Origin: an uncultured Gemmataceae bacterium
Lineage (GTDB): Bacteria > Planctomycetota > Planctomycetia > Gemmatales > Gemmataceae
Assembly (NCBI GenBank): GCA_963750165.1
Contig: CAVVPN010000003.1
Location: 2,784,001-2,848,000, forward strand
Direction of reading: 5' to 3'
DNA: 64,000 nt
Shown here: in pieces, positions 57,638-64,000 of the stretch
How positions within the stretch are numbered: position 1 is the first letter of the stretch
Layout of the letters: each line of letters starts with the position of its first letter
Program-made: the position numbers and the translations under genes
Notes under the pieces: generated by a model
The model's input: the letters and a program-made list of their open reading frames with translations, nothing else
Told to the model about the DNA's origin: nothing
Databases searched by the model: none

Positions 57638-58189
57638 CTACCCTTCCACCCCCGCGTTGGCCTGGCCGAACACCCGGTCATACGCCGCCGTCGCCGCCGG
57701 CCCCAGGCGCTCCGCCAGGCGCCGATACGCCGCTCGCCGGTAGTCCCACTCCCCGGAGCGCGGCACCTGCTCCAGCCAGTCGAAGAGATGCACCCGACCC
57801 AGATCGTCAAAGTCCTCCCGCGACAGGGACACCGTTTCGCCGGTGATGCGGTCGCGGATCGTGTAGGGCTCCGCCGCCTGGTCCAGCACGCGGTCGAACG
57901 AGGCGCGATCCATGGCGCAGTTGAGGTAAGCCAGCCGCTCGGCCCGGTCGCCGGCCAACGCGCGGACCTCGGCGCGGCGCTCCAGCGGCAGCGTGAAGCC
58001 CTGGAAACGCTCGGTGCCGTAGAGCGAATGCAACAGGCCCGCCCGGCACACGTCCTGCGAACAGCCCTGCGTCTCCAGCAAGCGCTGCACGGCAACCAGA
58101 TGGCCCAGGTAAGTCTTGTGCGTGTGCGGCACCTGCTCGACACCGATGCCGAGTAGAAAGTCGGTCAACCGCCTACTGTCCTTGTCCAT
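57638..58189 (-). CDS. HD-like hypothetical protein (DUF6817-like)
   Basis: PHTHKTYLGHL...VCRAGLLHSLYGTE..F...RAEVRALAGDRAERLAYL. Confidence 0.7.
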   Translation of the reverse strand: MDKDSRRLTDFLLGIGVEQVPHTHKTYLGHLVAVQRLLETQGCSQDVCRAGLLHSLYGTERFQGFTLPLERRAEVRALAGDRAERLAYLNCAMDRASFDRVLDQAAEPYTIRDRITGETVSLSREDFDDLGRVHLFDWLEQVPRSGEWDYRRAAYRRLAERLGPAATAAYDRVFGQANAGVEG

Positions 58190-58255
58190 GTGTCGCTCTC
58201 CGGGTATGCTCCTCCCACTTCGCCAACCAACCTCATTTTAACCGAAGGAGTGCGC

Positions 58256-58729
58256 ATGGCCATCCGACCCATCCCCGAGGGCTACCACACGGTGACGCCC
58301 TACCTGATCGTCCACGACGCCGCCCGCGCCCTGGAGTTCTACCGCCAGGCGTTCGGCGCCACCGAACTGATGCGCCTGACCGGCCCCAACGGCAAGATCG
58401 GCCACGCCGAGATCCGCATTGGCGACTCGCCGATCATGCTCGCCGATGAGCATCCGGCGATGGGCGCGATCAGTCCGCAGACGCTCGGCGGCGCGGCGGT
58501 GAGCATTTTGCTGTACGTTGAGGATGTGGACGCGCGCTTCGCCCAGGCCGTCGCCGCTGGTGGCACCGTCCTGCGACCGCTCCAGGACCAGTTCTACGGC
58601 GACCGCTCCGGCACGCTGCGCGACCCGTTCGGCCACACCTGGTCCCTCGCCACGCACAAGGAGGACGTGTCGCCCGAGGAGATGGAGCGCCGCGCCGCGG
58701 CGTTCATGAAGCAGCAGGCCGGCGCCTGA
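58256..58729 (+). CDS. VOC/glyoxalase family protein (PhnB-like)
   Basis: IPEGYHTVTPYL, FYRQAFGATE, HAEIRIGDS, DQFYGDRSGTLRDPFGHTW. AAGGAG RBS. Confidence 0.92.
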   Translation: MAIRPIPEGYHTVTPYLIVHDAARALEFYRQAFGATELMRLTGPNGKIGHAEIRIGDSPIMLADEHPAMGAISPQTLGGAAVSILLYVEDVDARFAQAVAAGGTVLRPLQDQFYGDRSGTLRDPFGHTWSLATHKEDVSPEEMERRAAAFMKQQAGA

Positions 58730-58747
58730 CGGGACGGTTCTTGTTTC

Positions 58748-58802
58748 GGGTCGGAGCCCGAGCGCCAGCGGTGGCCCCGCGCTGGCGCTCGGGCTCCGAC
58801 CC
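58748..58802. repeat. REP-like palindrome family 3
   Basis: 23-bp perfect arms gggtcggagcccgagcgccagcg. Confidence 0.75.
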
Positions 58803-58856
58803 ACTACGATAATCCAATCTCTCGTTGAATCCATTTCCCCTCATCGGGGCCACTGC

Positions 58857-59324
58857 ATGAGCGAGCCAACCGCAAAACCCGAACCGGCGCCCACGTCGGC
58901 CCCGCAGCGCAGCGCCTTCCGCGCCGTCCTGTACGAGACGATCTACTGCGCCATCCTTGGCGCCCTGGTCGGCTACTTCGGCGGTTGGCAACAGCCCGCG
59001 TCGCTGCTGGAAGGCGTCACGGACCTGGCGAAGTTGGGGGCGCTGGCGGGGGCGGGCATCGGCTTCGTGGTGGGCTTCGTGCTGGCGCTGGTGAACCGCA
59101 GCAGTCTGCTGGGGGCGCTGCGGGCGGCGGTGCTCGGCTGCCTGTTCGCGGCGGTGTTCGTGGCGGTGCTGGGCGGCGCCGCGGGCGCCCTCATTTACGC
59201 CACCGGCGGCTGGCGCGGCGGCCCCCGGGCGGGCCTGTATGGGGCCCTGGCCGGGGCGGTGTTCGGCATCCTGTACGGGTTCGTCAGCTACCGGCTGGAG
59301 CACGGCCGACTGACGAAGAAGTAA
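58857..59324 (+). CDS. Small Gly/Ala-rich membrane protein
   Basis: About 4 hydrophobic glycine-zipper-like segments; coding-like codon usage. Confidence 0.65.
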   Translation: MSEPTAKPEPAPTSAPQRSAFRAVLYETIYCAILGALVGYFGGWQQPASLLEGVTDLAKLGALAGAGIGFVVGFVLALVNRSSLLGALRAAVLGCLFAAVFVAVLGGAAGALIYATGGWRGGPRAGLYGALAGAVFGILYGFVSYRLEHGRLTKK

Positions 59325-59592
59325 GCCATTTCACACATGTTCCCCCGGCGGGTAACCTCATCACGTGGCACGGCTCTCCAGAGCCGTGCCACATGAGCAT
59401 CTTTGCTGCCGGAGTAATAGTTCCCCTGACCGCTACGGCTTGCCGGCGCGCCCCCCTTCCGGGTCGGATTGTAACGGCTCCGCCGTCGCGCCGCCGCCGC
59501 CGCGCGCGTAGTATGGGTTACCGACCGCGGCCCGGCGGCCGATACCAAACCCAAGCCCCCCCGGAAACCAATCTCCTCTGGATGAACACCGC

Positions 59593-60956
59593 ATGACTCG
59601 CTCCTCCCCGGCCCCTTCCCTGCGGCCCTGGCTGTTCCGTGGCGTCCTGGCGACGGCGTGCCTGCTCGGCCTGGTCAGCGCCGCCCTGGTGGCACAGACG
59701 CGCTGGCCGACGTATCTCGCGGCTCTGGAAGAAGGCGCCCGGACAGTGGGCCGCCCATCTTCCCGCAGGCGCCAGCCCAGCAACGGCAGCAGCATCTCAA
59801 GCGTCTGGGCGTCGAGCGCTGGCACGCGGGCGGCTGCCGCGGCGCCGGCATCAAGATCGCCGTCCTCGACACCGGCTTCCGCGACTACCGCAACTTCCTG
59901 GGTGGTGTGTTGCCCGCGCACGTCACCGTTAAATCCTTCCGCAACGATGGCGTCCTGGAATCGCGCGACAGCCAGCACGGCATCCTGTGCGGCGAGGTGC
60001 TGCACGCCCTGGCGCCGGACGCGGAGCTGCTGTTCGCCAACTGGGAGCCGGATCGGCCCGAGAAATTTTTGGAGGCCGTGCGCTGGGCGAAGCAGCAGGG
60101 GGCCCGGATCATCTCCTGCTCGCTCATCATGCCGAGCTGGAGCGACGGTGAGGGCGGCGGCGCGGTCAACGAGGGGCTGGCCGGCCTGCTCGGCGGCGGC
60201 GCCGACCCCGGTGACGTGCTCTGCTTCGCCAGCGCCGGCAACACCGCGCAGCGGCACTGGTGTGGCACCCTGCGGCCGGACGCCGACGGCCACCATCAGT
60301 GGCGGGCGGGCGTCACCGGCAACGCGCTGAGCCCGTGGGGCAACGAGCGCGTCTCGGTCGAACTGTATGGTCGGTTCACCGGCAACGCCCGCCTGACGGT
60401 GGTCGAGACGCGGACGGGAGTGCAAATCGGCTCCGCGGCGGTGACGCGCTCGAAGGCGGCGGCCACCGGCGGCAGCGCGGTGGTGCGCTTCCTGCCGCAG
60501 CCGCTGCAGCGCTATGAGGTGCGGCTGAGCGTGGCGGGCGGTTTCGTGGGGGATCCGAACGCGCTGTTCCACGTGGTGGCCCTGGGCGCGCACCTGGATT
60601 GCGTGGAGACCCAGGGCAGCATCCCGTGCCCGGCCGATTGCCGTAGCGTGCATGCCGTCGGCGCGGTGGACGACGACGGTGTGCGGCAGCCGTACAGTTC
60701 GTGCGGGCCGAATTCGCTGCTGCCGAAGCCGGACCTGGTGGCGGAGGTGCCGTTCCCGAGCCTGTGGCGAGCGCGGGCCTTCGCGGGCACCTCGGCGGCG
60801 GCCCCGCAGGCGGCGGCGCTGGCAGCGCTGGTGTGGGCGCGCTACCCGGACTGGACCGCCGCCCAGGTCAGCCAGGCCCTGCGGCGCACGGCCCGCGACC
60901 TCGGCCCGGCCGGCCACGATCACGAAACCGGCTACGGCTGCGTCGCCCTGCCGTGA
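59593..60956 (+). CDS. Secreted S8 subtilisin-like peptidase (frameshift near 59763)
   Basis: The N-terminal signal/TM in ORF 59593 joins the frame carrying IAVLDTG (Asp), SQHGILCG (His), SAGN and FAGTSAAAP (Ser). Confidence 0.85.
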
Positions 60957-62338
60957 GCTTTTTCCCACGCCTCGGCCATCTCGATGCGTTCGACGGCCGG
61001 TGGGTGGCTGGCGAAGAACCAGACCGCCACCGGCGCCGGGGCGACATCGCCGAGGTTGTCGGTCACCAGCCGCTTTTCGGCCTCGATGAACGCCTGCGGT
61101 TGGCCGGCCAGTTTCAGGGACATCTCATCCGCCTGGCGCTCGAAGTGCCGGCTGATGGCCATCTCCACGGGGCTGGCGATCCAGCCGCCGATGAGCAGCA
61201 GCAGGCCGATCAGCGGCACCGCCGCCGGGTCGCTGGGGTTGCGCAGCAGGAACGGCCGCCGATTCACCGCCCAGCGCAGAATGCGGTCCATCACGAACAG
61301 GCCGCACAACGCCCCGAGCACCGCCAGGGCGATGCCCTTGACGATGTGCTCGTGATACCAGTGGCCGACCTCGTGGGCCAGGATTGACTCGATCTCGGCC
61401 GCCTTCTGCACGCGCTGCTGTTCGCGCTCGTTGGCGGCCAGCAGCGGCCCCGTCCCCTGCGGCGCCGCCAGCAGGCCGACCACGCCGGTCACGTCGGTCG
61501 CGTCCGGCTGCTGGTACGGCTTGAGCAGGTTGTCATAGACGACGATGCGTTGCGTGGCGCCGAAGCCGGTGAAGTAGGCGTTGGTGTGTTTGCTGCGCCG
61601 CGAGGCGTCCATGACCAGCACCTCGTTGACGGACACGCCAGCCTTGTCGGTCACCTGCTCGAAGCGGCGGAGCAGGTAGGGATCCTTCAGCGGCGTGAAG
61701 GTGTTGAAGATCGGGTTGATGACGATCGGAATGAGGAACGCATACGCTGCGGCGAGCAGAGCACTGGCGGCGGCGGCGATCAGCCACCACCAGCGCGGCC
61801 ACAGCCGCATGATGCCGAACAGGCCGACCAGCAGAATACCGTACTGCACGGCGCCGAGCAGGAACGACTTGGCGTAATCAGGGAACCAGTCGGCGATGGT
61901 GCGCGTGGACATGCCCCAGGCCCGTGTGTGCTCCAGTCGCAGCAACCGCAGCGGCGTGGCCGTGATTTCCTCCGCGACGTAGAGCGTGGCTCCGACGAGC
62001 AGCAGCGTCAACAGCCAGCGACCGCCCGTGCGCCGGTCCCAGAAATCCGCCAGGCGCCGCCCCCATCCCTGGCAGACCAGCAGCAGGAGCAGCGTCCAGT
62101 TGATGGCGATCTGGCCCCACATGAAGAGGGAGCGTTGCAGACCGTAGCGCATGCCGGTTTCGATCTGCGCGGGCGTGAAGTAGTGCCGCGCCCGCTCCAG
62201 CAGTTCCGGGGAGTGCGGGAAGGTGGTGAGGCAGAACAGCGCCGCCAGCGCTGCGATCAGCAGTCCAACGGCGAGACCGAGGCCGGGCGTGCGTTTGAGC
62301 TGTGTTGGCGGTGGGCCAGCAGCGATGGAAACGTCCAT
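60932..62338 (-). CDS. M48 (Ste24p/HtpX-type) membrane zinc metallopeptidase
   Basis: Multi-TM, MDASRRSKHTNAYFTGFGATQRIVVYD, LAHEVGH (HExxH), SRHFERQAD, SHPPAVERI. Confidence 0.92.
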   Translation of the reverse strand: MDVSIAAGPPPTQLKRTPGLGLAVGLLIAALAALFCLTTFPHSPELLERARHYFTPAQIETGMRYGLQRSLFMWGQIAINWTLLLLLVCQGWGRRLADFWDRRTGGRWLLTLLLVGATLYVAEEITATPLRLLRLEHTRAWGMSTRTIADWFPDYAKSFLLGAVQYGILLVGLFGIMRLWPRWWWLIAAAASALLAAAYAFLIPIVINPIFNTFTPLKDPYLLRRFEQVTDKAGVSVNEVLVMDASRRSKHTNAYFTGFGATQRIVVYDNLLKPYQQPDATDVTGVVGLLAAPQGTGPLLAANEREQQRVQKAAEIESILAHEVGHWYHEHIVKGIALAVLGALCGLFVMDRILRWAVNRRPFLLRNPSDPAAVPLIGLLLLIGGWIASPVEMAISRHFERQADEMSLKLAGQPQAFIEAEKRLVTDNLGDVAPAPVAVWFFASHPPAVERIEMAEAWEKAHGRATQP

Positions 62339-62392
62339 GATGCGTCCGAAAGGAGTGGAGTTCGCGGCGCCGCACAACAAATCGGCACCCGT

Positions 62393-62861
62393 TTACTTGA
62401 TACGCGGGGCGAAGGTGCGCGGGCCGGAAACGGCTTGAGTCGCTGGCGGTGCCGCCGCGGCCGCTGCTGCCGCCGAGGGCAGGATGTCCGGCTCCACCTG
62501 GTAGGCGTCCGCCAGCTTGTTCATCTGGTTGAACAGCCCGACGACGGCCAGCACTTCGCCGAGCTGCGTGTCGTCCAGGCCGAGCTTCTGCGCTGCCGCG
62601 GTGTGAGTTGATGCAGTAGCGGCACGAGTTCGTCACCGACACCGCCAGGGCGATGATCTCCTTGGTGAGCAGATCGACCTTGCCCGGCTGCATGATCGCC
62701 TTGAGGCGCGTCCAGCACAGAGACAGATGCTCCGGGTGGGTCGCCAGCGCCCGCCAGATCGCCGGCACGAAGTTAATCTGCTTCGTCGCCTTGATGTCGC
62801 GGAACACCTCCTGGACAACCGGGTCGGGGCAGTCTTCGGGGACGAGTTCGACGGTTGGCAT
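62393..62861 (-). CDS. AhpD/carboxymuconolactone decarboxylase family protein (2-nt frameshift near 62603)
   Basis: KEIIALAVSVTNSCRYCINSH (CxxC). Restoring CA in a (CA)n run gives TAAAQKLGLDDTQLGEVLAVVGLFNQMNKLADAYQVEPD, ending at TAA 62393. Confidence 0.85.
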
Positions 62862-62893
62862 GATCGCCCTTTCTGTACGGTGCCAGGCACCGC

Positions 62894-63328
62894 TTACGGT
62901 TTCTGTACCGCGGCCCGCCGGAAGGTGTAAACGGTGCCCGGCGGGTTCTGTTTTGGGAGGTCGAAGGTCGCCTGGCGTTCGGATTCCGTTCGCCACAAGC
63001 ACATGACCAGGGTATCGGCGTCGAAGCGGTAGATGCCGGTCATCCACACTTTACCAGTGAGCGGCTTATTAAAAGTGATCCGTGGCGGGTTCGCGTTCGG
63101 ATCGACATCAACGCGGCCAGTGATGGAAAGGCGCCCCTCCGTCACCGTGGCGGAGTCGCCCTTGAATTCGATCACTAGAATCATCTCCGCATCAACACCG
63201 GTTTGTTTCTCAGTGCGGACGCACTGCCAACTCCCTTCGACGGAGGTTTGCTTGCTTCTCTGCTGGGAATCAACGTCGGTTGGAAGCGTCAGAGCGGCCA
63301 CCACCGCCGCGACGAACACGGTTCGCAT
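62894..63328 (-). CDS. Planctomycete TIGR03067-type domain secreted protein
   Basis: Signal peptide, EGSWQCV, IEFKGD, VDPNANPPRI, GIYRFDADTLVMC. Confidence 0.75.
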   Translation of the reverse strand: MRTVFVAAVVAALTLPTDVDSQQRSKQTSVEGSWQCVRTEKQTGVDAEMILVIEFKGDSATVTEGRLSITGRVDVDPNANPPRITFNKPLTGKVWMTGIYRFDADTLVMCLWRTESERQATFDLPKQNPPGTVYTFRRAAVQKP

Positions 63329-63362
63329 GGCATCCTGCCTTTCCGCAAGGAACCCACTTTCC

Positions 63363-63403
63363 GCCGGTCGCGGCGTAGCGCGCTGCGCTACGCCGCGACC
63401 GGC
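63363..63403. repeat. GC palindrome downstream of frr (REP-like or terminator)
   Basis: 19-bp perfect arms gccggtcgcggcgtagcgc. Confidence 0.65.
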
Positions 63404-63415
63404 AGAACAGATGGG

Positions 63416-63976
63416 CTATTGCTCCATGATTTCCTTCGACTTCTTGTCCGCCATATCCTGAATCTTGTCCTCGTGCGTCTTCAGCAGCGTCTGCACTTCT
63501 TCCTTGCCCTGATCGCGCTCGTCCTCGGTCATCTCCTTGTTCTTCTCGGCCTGATCGAAATGCTTGTTGCTGTCGCGGCGGATGTTGCGGCAGCTGACCT
63601 TGGCCTCTTCGGCGGACTTCTTGATGCGCTGCACCATCTTCTGCCGCTGTTCGCCGCTCATCGCCGGCACCGTCAGGCGGATCATCTTGCCGTCGTTGTT
63701 CGGCGCCATGCCCAGGTCGCTGCTACGGATGGCCTTCTCGATGTCCTTGAGCACGCCCGCGTCGAACGGGCGGATGAGGATTTGCGACGGCTCTGGTGTG
63801 CTGATCTGCGCCAGCTGCTTCAGCGGCGTCGGCGAACCGTAATACTCCACGCGGATGCTGTCCACCAGCGCCGGCGTGGCCCGGCCGGTGCGCAGGCCGC
63901 GCAACTCGTTGCGGAAGACATCCACGGCCTTCTCCATCCGCTCCTCGCAGTCCAGTAAAATGTCGTCGCTCGTCAT
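63416..63976 (-). CDS. frr: Ribosome recycling factor
   Basis: LRTGRATPALVDSIRVEYYGSPTPLKQLAQIS, PNNDGKMIRL, EEAKVSCRNIRRD. Confidence 0.98.
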   Translation of the reverse strand: MTSDDILLDCEERMEKAVDVFRNELRGLRTGRATPALVDSIRVEYYGSPTPLKQLAQISTPEPSQILIRPFDAGVLKDIEKAIRSSDLGMAPNNDGKMIRLTVPAMSGEQRQKMVQRIKKSAEEAKVSCRNIRRDSNKHFDQAEKNKEMTEDERDQGKEEVQTLLKTHEDKIQDMADKKSKEIMEQ

Positions 63977-64000
63977 GGCTTGGGTCCCGCAGGGTTAGAC

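Overview
GC-rich bacterial DNA, most likely Planctomycetota (Gemmataceae-like). That call is inferred from a DUF1559 prepilin-like gene, a TIGR03067-type protein, LExR-xxP leader peptides, a PQQ-propeller gene and hpnCDE. The flanks hold housekeeping and accessory genes: typA, sixA, nfo, hpnCDE, frr, peptidases, and VOC and AhpD-family genes. The core (about 14.6-55.1 kb, all + strand) is an exosortase/PEP-CTERM-type extracellular-matrix locus. It encodes three glycosyltransferases, a FemAB-like protein, two tandem giant repeat proteins (3889 and about 2888 aa) ending in S53 protease domains, a polysaccharide deacetylase, a small PAP-CTERM (PEP-CTERM-like) protein, two ~1400-aa TPR proteins, an epimerase, an exosortase and an EpsI-like protein. 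Four observations stand out. (1) The single ~200-aa domain of the small exosortase substrate is clearly homologous to the N-terminal domain of both giants, which suggests a fibre subunit plus giant tip or cap proteins. (2) A conserved TGTCAAC-N4-GTTGACA palindrome lies ~180 bp upstream of a sigma-54 -24/-12 box in front of three transcription units. (3) One ~300-aa segment has 18 Cys in giant B against 2 in giant A. (4) Giant A contains nested domain insertions. About 11 short indels break otherwise intact genes and are probably long-read errors. No rRNA, tRNA, CRISPR array or transposase was recognised. All family names come from motif recognition by eye, not from database searches.
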